From Octopus sinensis (lineage: Eukaryota): DNA of 64,000 nucleotides. Positions 1 through 11,732 of this stretch are shown in pieces. Position 1 is the first letter of the stretch, and each line of letters starts with the position of its first letter. The notes under the pieces are model-generated. The model ran no database searches and had not been told where the DNA came from. It saw only the letters and a list, made by a program, of their open reading frames with translations. Made by a program: the position numbers and the translations under genes. The DNA lies in the NCBI RefSeq assembly GCF_006345805.1, contig NW_021833243.1, positions 1-64,000 of the forward strand, read 5' to 3'.

Positions 1-141
1 CATACATAGATACATACATATATACATAGATACATACATATATACATAGATACATACATAGATACATACATATATACATAGATACATACATATATACATA
101 GATACATACATATATACATAGATACATACATATATACATAG

Positions 142-172
<31 letters not shown>

Positions 173-525
173 CTACATATATGCTACATACATATATATA
201 TACATACACATATGCATACTTGCATATATATATACATACACATATGCATACTTACTATATTATACTACACTATGCATACTTACATATATATATACATACA
301 CATATGCATACTTACATAATATATATAATTATATATAATATATATATATATTATACATATATATATATACATACATATATATATATATACATATATAATA
401 TATACTACATACAATATATATATATATAATATGCATACATACATACATACATACATACATACTACATAAATGCATATATATATACATACATATATATACA
501 ATACATACATATATACATACATACA

Positions 526-559
<34 letters not shown>

Positions 560-582
560 CATACATACATACATATATATAT
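1..582. repeat. Compound (TACA)n/(TA)n microsatellite
   Basis: Direct reading; overlapping Y/I/H/T-rich ORFs are artefacts. Confidence 0.95.
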
Positions 583-3017
583 GAGTTCTTAAGCTCAGGT
601 TGGTCCTACAGAGTGGCACAGCTACGATTATCTCCGCCTATGCCCCACAAGCGGGACTACCAAATGATCAGAAGGACCACTTTTACGATACCCTTCAACA
701 AGCTACCTCAAAGACTAGTGGCAATGACCTCACCTTTGTGGGTGGAGACTTTAATGGGCATGTTGGGCGGGAATCGGGTATCTTTACTGGGGTGCACGGT
801 GGCCATGGTATTGGCACCAGAAATGATGAGGGAACTAGACTACTGGAATTCTGTGATGCATGTAACCTTTTAATCAGCAATACTAACTTCAGGAAGCCAG
901 ACTGCCACCTTATAACCTATCAGTCAGGGGACTCCACTAGCCAAATAGACTTCATCCTCACCAGACAGCGGGATGCAGGGTCGCTCTTAAATACAAAGAC
1001 CCTCCCGGGTGAAAAATGTATCCCTCAGCATAGGCTAATCATCAGTGACTTTAAGCTTGAGGCCAGAAGGACTCCAAGAAACAAACCAATCCAGAAAAGA
1101 AGGATTTGGAAGCTAAAGAATCCTTCACGTGGTCAGAGATTTAGGGACATCCTCATCAAGAAATTTGATGAGAGGGAGGATGAGCTTCAGACGTCGGACA
1201 TAGAAGGTAGCTGGGAATGCCTACTGGACAGCTTGCTGAGTGCCACAGACCAAGTCTGTGGATGATGCAAAGTCCCTTCCAGACCTAGAGTTATGTGGTG
1301 GTGGAATAGTGCAGTAGACAAAGCCATTAGTGCAAAGAGACGGGCCTGGAAAGCCTGGAGGGATGGGGGTAGCAGGGAACTGTACCAGGTAGCCAAAAGG
1401 GAGGCTGGGCGGCAGGTATACATAGCCAAAGATGTAGCAGAAAAGAAGAAATTTGCCAGCTACCCGAATAGACAGCTCCCTTTTAGTAAAGGCAATTAAG
1501 GATATGAAACCAGGTAAAGCCCCCGACCCATCAGGAATCACTGCTGAGATGCTTAAAACAGCTGACTATGTGGGCTATGGCCTAGTCACCCGCATTGTAA
1601 ACCAGGTAGTTCATAATGAAGTCATACCCAATGACTGGCGTAGCAGCACCATAGTCAACTGCTACAAGGGTAAGGGTGATGCTCTAGATAGAAATAACTA
1701 CAGGGGTATTAAACTGTTGGATCAGGTGATGAAGGTCACAGAGAGGGTCATAACCCATCTCATTAGGGAGAGAATTTGCTTAGACGAGGTGCAGTTCGGT
1801 TTTGTGCCAGGTAGAAGCACCACTGATGCTATATTCCTGGTCCGACAACTGAAGGAGAAGCACCTAGCTAAAGATAAACCCCTCTACATAGTTTTTGTGG
1901 ATTTGGAGAAAGCCTTTGACAGGGTTCCCCGATCCCTTATCTGGCGGTCGATGCGGAAACTGGAGATTGACGAATGGCTAATAAGGGCTGTACAGTCTCT
2001 ATACAGAGAGGCTGTCAGCAAGGTTAGGATTGGCAACGAATATAGTGAAGAATTCCGGGTAGAAGTCCCCTTTTATTCATCATAGTCCTCCAGGCAATAA
2101 CAGAGGAATTCAAAACAGGATGCCCCTGGGAGCTCCTCTATGCTGATGATCTGGCTCTCATAGCAGAATCACTACCGGAACTAGAAAAGAAATTTCGAGT
2201 GTGGAAGCAAGGGTTAGAATCAAAGGGCCTTAGAATAAATGTAGCAAAGACCAAAGTTATAGTAAGCAGAAAGGCGAACTCAGCACACACACCCTCGGGC
2301 AGGTGGCCCTGCTCGATCTGTAGAAAAGGTAGAAACTCCATAAGATGCACCCAATATAAGCTATGGACGCATAAGAGGTGCAGCAACATTAAAGGGATAT
2401 TAACTGATAAGACAGCTTTCATGTGCGGAAGATGCACAGGGACAATAGACACCACAGACACTCAGAAAACAGATTCCATCACACTCCAGGGGGAGAAACT
2501 AGAAGTAGTTGATAGTTTCCGCTACCTGAGTGACCAAGTTAGTAGTGGAGGTGGATGCTCAGAGAGTATCACCACTAGAATACGAATAGCCTGGGCAAAG
2601 TTCAGAAAGCTCCTACCCCTACTGGCGACAAAGGGTCTCTCGCTCAGAGTGAAAGGTAGATTGTATGATGCATGTGTGCGAACTGCCATGCTTCACGGTA
2701 GTGAAACATGGGCTGTGACTGCAGAGGACATGCGTATACTTGAAAGAAATGAAGCTAGCATGATCCGCTGGATGTGTAATGTCAGTGTGCACGCACGACA
2801 GAGTGTAAGCACCCTGAGAGAAATGCTGGACATAAGAAGCATCAGATGTGGTGTGCGAGAGCGACGCTTGCGATGGTATGGTCATGTACTGCGGATGGAT
2901 GAGGAGAGATGTGTGAAGAAGTGCCATTCCCAAACAGTTGAAGGTATCAGGGGGAGAGGTAGACCCAGGAAGATATGGGATGAGGTAGTCAAGCATGACC
3001 TCAGAGGTCGGGCCTAA
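583..3017 (+). pseudogene. Broken APE-RT polyprotein of the RTE element, with a PHD-type C4HC3 finger between RT motifs
   Basis: ORF fragments 600-1265, 1293-1499, 1453-2085 and 2199-3017. Confidence 0.88.
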
Positions 3018-3220
3018 CTGAGGCAATGGCGAAGGACCGAGATCTCTGGAGATATGCTGTGACTGCAAAGACTCGGGCTGCTTCCTGCATCAGTTCCGCA
3101 TAGCCCCTGCCCATTCAAAGTACCCTGGATCCCAGAACGTCCCGCTGTGCTTGAGGAGACCTGTTGAGTCAAGTACATGAACATCGAAATAAATATCAAT
3201 GGAAATAGTAGTTGTGATAC

Positions 3221-3510
3221 CTGTGCCGGTGGCACATAAAAAGCACCATCCGAACGTGGCCGTAGCCAGCGCCGACTCGACTGGCTTCTGTGCCGGTGGC
3301 ACATAAAAAGCACCATCCGAACGTGGTCGATGTCAGCGCCGACCCAGCTGGCTTCTGTGCCGGTGGCACATAAAAAGCACCATCCGAACGTGGCCGTTGC
3401 CAGCGCCGCCTTGGCTGGCTTCCGTGCCGGTGGCACGTTAAATGCTCCAACCGATCGTGGCCGATGCCGGACCCTCCTGGCACCTGTGCATGTGGCACGT
3501 AAAAAGCACC
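3221..3510 (+). repeat. 67-bp tandem repeat (~4.5 copies) in the RTE 3' UTR
   Basis: ctgtgccggtggcac recurs at 3221, 3288, 3355, 3422 and 3484. Confidence 0.92.
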
Positions 3511-3740
3511 CACTACACTCGCGGAGTGGTTGGCGTTAGGAAGGGTATCCAGCTGTAGAAACTCTGCCAGATCAGACTGGAGCCTGGTGCAGCCCTTGGC
3601 TTCTCAGACCCCGGTTGAACCGTCCAACCCGTGCTAGTGCGGAAAACGGACGTTAAACAATGATGATGATGATGATATATACATATATACATATATGCAT
3701 ACATACATACATATATGCATACATACATATATATATATAT

Positions 3741-5562
3741 TCTTTTTTTTTCTAGTTTCAGCTCAGAGCTGCGGCCGTGCTGATGCACCACCGTTTTGTG
3801 CTACACTGTTATTACGAAGAACCTCGTCTAATATGTGGCACTTGGTGAAGAATGGAGTTTGATACAGCTACTCTCATTTGCACCTCTTGCCGTGAGGTAG
3901 GTTCATCTGGGATTCTTGACAAGAAGATGTCCAGCTTTGATTTAAAAACCGCTACATCTACTTTGTGAAAGATCCTCAGACTCTTTGGGAGAATATTAAA
4001 AAGCTGTGGGCCCTTGAAACCCAGGCTGTTGCAGAAGCTGGTCCTGAAGCGTGATGGCATTGCTGGGATCTTTGGCACTGTGCAGTGTCGTCCCGTTCTA
4101 GCATTGGTGTAGCTTACAATGCCAAAATTTGGCACAATTCCTTCCAGGATCTTCCAGACATATATTACTGCATATCTCTCCCGTCTTCTCTCCAGGGAGT
4201 AGAGTCTTAGCTGTTTCAACCTTTCCCAGTAGCTGAGCTGTTGCAAAGAGACGATCTTCTTTGTGAATCTTCTCTGGATTGCTTCAAGGTCCGCTGTTAA
4301 TTTTACACTGGTGGGTGACCATAGCTGTGAGCAGTAATCCAGGCGGCTGAGGACGAATGTCCGCCAGAGGACCATCATGGTTTCCTTATCTCTGGTTCTG
4401 AATGTTCTTAGGATCCACCCAGCCAGTCGTCTGCACTTTGTCGCCATCCTGGTAATGTGCACTTGGAAAGAGGTATCATCACTCATGTTGATACCCAGGT
4501 CCCTCACAGACTTAGGGTCTGGGATTGAAATTCCCTGTGGACCGGTGTATCCTGTAAGTTTAATATTCAGTTTTGGATGCTGGTAGCGCAGGGCCTGGAA
4601 TTTTTCAGCATTAAACTGCATATTATTATCCTCAGCCCATCTGTAGTTCGTGTCCAACTCCTGCTGCAGGTGGGCAACATCGCTGGGGTTCTGTATTTTC
4701 TGCGAGACTTTCGTATCGTCTGCATAGGTGGCCAGAATGGCTATCCGGGCATTTGAGGGCATATCTGAGAGGGTCACTATAAAACGCAGTGGTCCCAAGT
4801 CAGTGCTCTGGGAACACCGCTCACTATTTGTGTGTTCATAGAGGTGACTCCATTAACCACTACTGCCTGACTCCTATCTTTCAGGAAGTCATGCCACCAC
4901 ACTCCAAGTTTTCCAGCTATGCCGAGGTCACGCAGTTTGTGGTATATCATACCATGATCCACCTTGTCAAAAGCTTTTGCAAAATCAATGTAGATTACGT
5001 CCACATTTGATTTGTTGAGTAACTGCCTCAACATCCAGTCGTAATGCTGTAAGAGCTGGGTCAGGCAGCTCCTACCTGGTCGAAAACCATGCTGGGTATC
5101 ACTCAGCAAGTTATTTTCCTCAAGGAATGTGATTAGTTTCTTTCTGACTATCCGTTCCATGACTCTGCTGATGTGTGAAGTCAGAGAGATAGGCCTATAG
5201 TTTTTGGCATCTGCTCTACTTCCCCCTTTATGTATTGGGCATATTATTCCCTCCTTCAGGTTGCTTGGCAGTTTGCCATTCGCAAGAAAGCTCTGGAAGA
5301 GAATCTTGAGGGGTTTTGCCAGGGCATGCTTACACGCTTTGAGGAGGATGGCTGGGAAACCATTTGGACCAGTAGCTGAGTTTGTGTCCACTTCATCTAT
5401 GGCTAGTAGGACATCTTTTTCGCTAATGTCAATACATTCTATTGTAACCGCCTCGCTGGTTATAGGTGAGGCGGCAAAGAAGTCCACTGGTTCGTTCACT
5501 TGTCTGTGTTCCAACGTGGTGGAAAAGACACTTTTGAACTGGTCATTCAGCATCTCACCGAT
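3741..5562 (-). mobile_element. CR1-group LINE, 5'-truncated (RT plus C-terminus, 3' stem-loop and A tail)
   Basis: NYRPISLTS, QHGFRPGRSC, YIDFAKAFDKVDH, GVP(Q), YADDTK, LYSLERRRERY; one frameshift near 4790; tail cagctctgagctgaaactag-A(n). Confidence 0.92.
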
Positions 5563-6062
5563 ATGAAATGTGGAGGGGGAGAAAGCAAGCAGCCGTCGAA
5601 GATATTTGTGGACTGATGACGTCAAAGAACGAGGTGGAAACAAGAGCCTTTGTTGATTGTATGAATATAAGAGAACAGAGATAACTGGGGTGTTTTGGTA
5701 AGCCGACCTTTGGAAATAGGGAGGACATTTGGATAGCTGATGGCTGCATGAACCCTTGTTCCTCCCTCGTTTGACAATGAAGGTTTAGGTGTTCGCTCAA
5801 CTGAATTACCTGCTGATTGAATTAACCTTTAAATGGCTGAGTATTCCACTGACAGGTGTACTCTTAAAGAAATTCTCAAGCAGAATGGGCAGGAGATAGT
5901 GTTTGGGATAAGACTGGACCTAGAATTCAAAAGGCACAATGTAAAACAGGTTTCTGTACAGTTTCTATAAAACTTTCACGCATTTGCCGAAGATTCTACG
6001 CCGTGTGACTGAAATCAAAACTACATGATTGCAAAGCGACCTTTTTAGTCATTCGACCCAAA

Positions 6063-6600
6063 CATGGAGAATTAAAAGCATATTAAATGCATGGAGTATT
6101 AAAGCTATATTAAATACATAGATTATTAAAAATATATTTAACACGTGGAAAAAGAAACCTATATTTATTACATGGGGTATTAAAGTTGTAATTATTATAT
6201 GGAATAATAAAGCTATTCTTAAAGCATAGAGCATTAAAAATATACGAACCATTAAAATTATACTTAATGCATAGGTGATTACATACATGAAACACATGAA
6301 GCATTAACACAATATTATATACACAAGTAAATGGTGTCCCAAAGCTATATTTAATAAAGGGAGCAATAAGATTATATTAAATTCGTGAACAATTAAAATA
6401 TTCTCATTTAGAATAGGTGAATTAATAGTCAGAACAATAAAGCTATAATAATTCATGGAACATGAAAATAGGATGTAATGTAAATATCATTAAATAATTA
6501 TTTACAGTCGGAGCATTAAAATATATTCGATATAAACGCTTTTAAAAATATACTTAATAAATGAAGCATAGAAAATATATACTTTAATTAAAACATGCAA
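6063..6600. repeat. Degenerate 27-bp AT-rich minisatellite (~20 units)
   Basis: catggag..ttaaa units start at 6063, 6090, 6117 and continue; consensus about catggagcattaaagctatattaaata. Confidence 0.75.
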
Positions 6601-6619
6601 ACTTCTGAGTCATATAAAC

Positions 6620-6848
6620 TCATAAGTTTAGTTTCTCGGTTTCTGTGGCCTATATATGCCCCCGACCACGACCACCGGAAAGGGACGCCATTTTGTCGCA
6701 GGGTTATTCTTTTTTGATAGCTGAGTGGACTGGAGTAACACGAAACGAAATGTTTTGCACAAGAACACAACGCGTTGCCCAGTTCAAGAACAGAAACTAT
6801 AATCTTACAACCATGAGTCCAACATCCTAACCACTAAGCCATGCGCTT
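6620..6848 (-). mobile_element. tRNA-derived CORE-type SINE (degenerate)
   Basis: Reverse complement of the head (cctaaccactaagccatgcgc) and CORE-like body; homologous to 8120-8360. Confidence 0.7.
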
Positions 6849-8119
6849 CTTCTTATAATTACAGCCTGGATTGTAAAAAAAACAAAAAAGGGGTAAAATA
6901 AACAATGGTTTCTTTAAATTAGATCTTCTGTCACCAGATCTTTACTGTCCTTATTTCTTTAATTAGGCACAAGGTCTCAAAATAGAAGTACAACACAAAA
7001 GATAGACAAACAATACATGGGGTACATAACGAATGAATATAAATGAAAATGAAATGGCTTTCCTACCCACCCCAAAGTAGGTAGTTCCATTTTACTGTTT
7101 TTAAATAAAGTGTGTACTTATCAGTCTTGTATCTTCTTAGTTTTCTTTTTGTTTAAAAATCCACACGATGTCACACCATATGTTCCATCAAATCGTCACT
7201 GTTAATATTTGTAACGAAATAACATTCCTGTTAACGCTATCCTGTCGCCACAAATATTTCCTGCAAATCTTTAGTGTTCTTAGTAAGGGTGAAGAATAAT
7301 GTGTTATATTGCGAGTGAGGTTCGCCGCTAATGGCTGCATTAACTTTCGGTAACTTGTTATTTTACGTGAGCGTAGAAAATGGTTGTTTCTCACTTCGCA
7401 GTTTTGAGGAGTGGCTGGTAGTTGATTATGTCGGTCCTAGTATTTGGCTGTTATTTTATCTTATCAACTCTGAAAGTATGGAAGGCAAAGTTGACCTTGG
7501 TGATATTTGAATTTAGAACGTAAAAAGTTAGGATAAAAATATGAAAAAAAAAACTACTGCAAAGCATTTCCCCCAAGCTCTGTTACAAGTTAGCAGTGGT
7601 ACAAAATGGTCGATCGTGCCGAAGCTATTCTTTATTTCGGTCTGCAAACTTTTCTAGCGATTTCTCTTTGACGAACCACGAGTCCACAGAATATAATGTG
7701 ACACAGGATAACCAATACCGGGCTTTTAAGAGCTATGACATAAACAAGCCTTTATATATACTCACATCAATACAATCTATTGTGACTTTTTCTTTTTACA
7801 TGTCTCGGGTACAGCTTAGATCCGTTTTGTCATCGTCGTACTAAAAGTTGGATTTCTTTCTTGACGCTGTTTTTGCCTGAAGTAATTGAAATTTCTAACA
7901 GAATAGATCGATTCTCGTTTTTGTTTTCGTTACTATTTTGGGGAATTATAGCTGAATGCTTATCTTGACCTTCCTTTAAGTTTAGGCAGGCATCAGTGTT
8001 TTTCAAGAAAAATTTCGCGAAATGAAGGGTCTTTAAAAAAATTAATTGAAAATTATTTTATGAAATAGCATTCATCAGTTTCAAAGTAATAATTTATTGT
8101 AAAGATATTTTCTTACGTA

Positions 8120-8360
8120 GAGGCGCGTGGCTTAGTGGTTAGGGTGTCAGCATCATGATCGTAAGATTGTGGTTTCGATTCCTGGCGACGCATTGTGTTC
8201 TTGAGCAAAACACTTCATTTCACGTTGCTCCAGTCCACTCAGCCAGCAAAAATAAGTAACGCTGTGATGGACTGGCGTCCCGTCCATCTAGGGAACACAT
8301 ACACCATTGAAAGCGGGAAACCGGGCCTATGAGTCTGGCTAGGCTTTAAAAGGGTGCATT
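8120..8360 (+). mobile_element. tRNA-derived CORE-type SINE
   Basis: A box tggcttagtgg, B box ggtttcgattcc, CORE-like gtgttcttgagcaaaacact; near-identical inverted copy at 27094-27334. Confidence 0.88.
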
Positions 8361-8622
8361 AAAAAAAAAAAATTATTAAATATTTTCTTTTAGATAAACT
8401 CGTTTCCTGAAACAAATTCGAATGAAACAAATTCGAATGATCTTTAAAAAATCGGAGTTCAAGGAAGAAGATCCAACAATATCCCTATTTTATTAATCTT
8501 TTCAGGGATTATTTATGACGGTCTGAAAATTTCCAGGCACATTCGAGCAATGAGTTTAGAATTTAATTTTAGTTGAGGGTGGCTAACATTATCTAATATT
8601 TGATAAAATTATTTCCAAAATT

Positions 8623-8838
8623 AAGGCGGCAAGTTTGATAAAATCGTTACCACGCCGAGCAAATTGCTTAGCGGCATTTTGTCCGTCTTTACATTCTGAG
8701 TTCAAATTCCGCCGAGGTTGACTTTGCCCTTCATTCTTTTGGGGTCGATAAAATAAGTACCTGTCAAAACTGGGGGTCGATGTAATCGATTTACTCTTCC
8801 CCCAAAATTGGTGGCCTCGTGCCAAAATTTGAAACCAA
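8623..8838 (+). mobile_element. tRNA-derived SINE with gcctttcatcc..ggggtcgataaa body (probably Meta/MESC domain)
   Basis: Matches at least 10 other copies in the window; the domain name is recalled, not searched. Confidence 0.8.
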
Positions 8839-9509
8839 AGTTATTTACAAAATTGCATTTCAGTCGATTTCGTCAAATAAACTAAACACTAAAATGTGTG
8901 ACAACATGTCAAAGAAAAACACCAATGTTACCGGAATAAATTTTATCGATTCTAGAACGATCAAAGGTTAATTCAGCTACCATGGGATTTGAACTCATTA
9001 CATGGAGAGATGAAACTAAATACTATTAAAACAAATTTTTCTGTGTCCGCACGTAAACATTTCAAACTTGCTCATTAACTTGGTAAGTCTCCTAATTAGT
9101 GAGCCATTCTTCCATTAGCGATATAAGGTTTAATGTAATCCTTTTCACTCTGCGTTGCGTGTTGAACCACTAATTAAATATTCAACCTTCTACATTGGAC
9201 GCGTATTTAGTTCTTAGTGGACTAAAATCTGAAACTGTTGTCCATTTGGTAAACTATCTTAACTTTAATGCTATAATATGAGTGATTCTTCTTGACCATT
9301 AATCGGTTTAATCCGAAGTAATCTGAAAATCTGTTAGTCAGTTCTTTACACGAATTATCCACAATGAATATGGTCTTTCACTACCAAAATCACTGGATCG
9401 TTCTCTTTCCTCGGCTTTTGTCCTTTCGCTTCCTAACAACTGCAATTGTATCGATTCTAATCCTCTCTCTAGAAGTTAATCATTTCTAAATCAACGGCTA
9501 GATACTTAA

Positions 9510-9546
<37 letters not shown>

Positions 9547-9750
9547 ACACATACACACGCCCTGTATTTACTTGTCGCACTATTTTATACTTGACTGTAA
9601 ATGAAAAAAACTGGGGTGTGTCTTATACATGGAACAAAGAAATCTTATGAAGGAAAAATAATTTACATTAAGATTTAACACTGGTTTAGAGGTGCAACTC
9701 ACACGCGAGGGCTGCTTGTGCACAAAGAAAAATGGTATAAAAATGGTATA

Positions 9751-10160
9751 AGGCGGTGAGTTGGCAGAATCGTTAGCACGCCGGGCGAAATGCTCAGCAG
9801 TATTTCGTCTGCCGCTAAGTTCTGAGTTCAAATTCCACCGAGGTCGACTTTGCCTTTCATCCTTTTGGGGTCGATTAAATAATCGCACTGGGGTCGATGT
9901 AATCGACTTAATCCCTTTGTCTGTCCTTGTTTGTCGTCTCTGTGTTTAGCCCCTTGTGGATAGTAAAGAAATATGTATTTCGTCGATTGCTACGTTCTGA
10001 GTTCAAATTCCGTCGAGGTCGACTTTGCCTTTCATCCTTTCGAGGTCGGTAAATTAAGTATCAGTTACGCACTGAGGTCGATGAAATCGACTTAATCCCT
10101 TTGTCAGTCCTTGTTTGTCCCTTCTATGTTTAGCCCCTTGTGGGCAATAAACAAACAAGA
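9751..10160 (+). mobile_element. Meta-like SINE with tandemly duplicated body
   Basis: Head, body, tail, then a second body starting tatttcgtc at ~9976. Confidence 0.85.
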
Positions 10161-10247
10161 AAAATGGTATATTGTTGTGAGCTCAACAGTGTAGGCCACT
10201 GGTTTTTCGCTTAGTGGTTTTTATCATCAGGTTAAAAAAAATAGAAG

Positions 10248-10690
10248 TTGGCGTCGTAGGTCGAGCAGAATCGTTAATACGTTAGACAAAAGGCTTAGCG
10301 GCAATTTAACCGTTTTTATATCCCGGGTTCAAATTCTACTGAGGTCAACGTTGACTTTCATATTTTCAGAGTCGATGAAATAGGTACCAATTAAGCAGTG
10401 GGGTGGGGGAGGAACGATGCAATCGACTAGATCCCTTCCCGAATTTTTAGATCTTACGCATGTAGTAGGAGGGGTCATTAAGGCAGCGAGTTGGTAGAAT
10501 CGTTAGCTCGATTTCTTCCGGCCCTTTACATCCTGAGATTATAAATCTCGCCGACGTTGATCTTGTCTTCTCTCCTTTCGGTGTCGATCAAATAGGGACC
10601 ACTTGATCGATCACTGGGAACGATGTAATCGACTATTCCTTTCTCCCAAAATTTCAGCCGTTATGCATAGAGTAGAAAGGATTCCTCTTA
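10248..10690 (+). mobile_element. Two degenerate Meta-like SINE copies
   Basis: gttcaaattctactgaggtcaac and ctttcggtgtcgatcaaa motifs. Confidence 0.6.
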
Positions 10691-10919
10691 TTATTACTCG
10701 CAGAAAGACCGCCCAGGGGCAGCAGTATTCTGCAAGTACGCATAATTCCTTAAATCACTCACCGCCCCAGGGACATTTCTACATTCAGAACCATCTTTTA
10801 TCTTCCTCATGAAGGTTAGGAATTGGAAAGGTTATATATTACCCACTCCCCCACTTTTAAAATTCTGTAATATCCTTACCATCCCTATTTGAAATATAAG
10901 ATCAGATCATTACTCAAAA

Positions 10920-11070
10920 GTAGCTGTGTGGTAATTAGCCTGCTTGCCGACCACATGGTTCCGGGTTCAGTACGATTGCGTGGCACCTTGGGCAAGTGTC
11001 TTCTACTATAGCCTCGGGCTGACCAAAGCCTTGTGAGTGGATTTGATAGGCGGAAATTGAAAGAAGCCCG

Positions 11071-11117
<47 letters not shown>

Positions 11118-11712
11118 ATATCAGAAATATTAAATTTCTAAATATCTCATAGAGATATGTACGGTGGTGGAGCGATAGAGTGGTTGTATACTGTCAACTT
11201 AACGTGACAGTCCCGTAAGGGAATTACACCACCGCTGTTTAGCCCTAGGAAGCACCGACGCTTCCTGTCGGCCTTGACACATTTCCTGTGTCCTTATATA
11301 TTTACGAAGGGGAGACAAACACCTCCAACAGCTAGGGGGTGGTTTGTCTCCCCTTCGTAAATATATAAGGATACAGGAAGTGCGTCAAGGCTGACAGGAA
11401 GCGTCGATGCTTCCTAGGGCTAAACAGCGGTGGGGTAATTCCCTTACAAGACTGTCACGTTAAGTTGACAGTATACAACCACTCTCTCTCTTTATATATA
11501 TGTATTTGTTTGTGTGTCTGTGTTTGTACCGCCAACATCACTTGACAACCGATGTTGGTGTGTTTACGTCCCCGTAACTTAGCGGTTCAGCAAAAGAGCC
11601 GATAGAATAAGTACTAGGCTTACAAAGAAATAAGTCTTGGGGTCGATTTGCTCGACTAAAGGTGGTGCTCTAGCATGGCTACAGTCAAATGACTGAAACA
11701 AATAGAAGAATA
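10920..11712 (+). mobile_element. CORE SINE (head, internal (TA)n, tail) interrupted by a fold-back insertion
   Basis: Head with accttgggcaagtgtctt at 10920-11072; tail ending ggtggtgc..cagtcaaatgactgaaac at 11500-11712. Confidence 0.82.
11122..11485. repeat. Fold-back repeat (~150-bp arms, 8-nt loop), related to 14974-15359
   Basis: 11177-11326 is the reverse complement of 11335-11485; shares tttagccc.agga and gacaca.ttcctgtg.ccttat blocks with the 15 kb fold-back. Confidence 0.9.
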
Positions 11713-11732
11713 AAAAAAAGAATATATATATA

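Larger units (their letters stand above)
583..3676 (+). mobile_element. RTE-clade LINE, 5'-truncated and decayed, with 3' UTR tandem array and (GAT)n tail
   Basis: APE motifs (SAYAPQ, GDFNGHVG, SQIDFIL); RT motifs (YRGIKLL, QFGFVPG, FVDLEKAFDRV, LYADDL at ~2130, FRYL); C-terminal GRGRPRKIWDEVV; ends ...cgttaaacaatgatgatgat. Has a stop at 1263, an internal deletion near 1455 and loss of the QG motif near 2066. Confidence 0.93.

Noticed and set aside
3221-3510. CRISPR-like array (palindromic repeat plus variable segment)
   Set aside because: Eukaryotic LINE 3' UTR; the variable parts are homologous to each other, and no cas genes are present.
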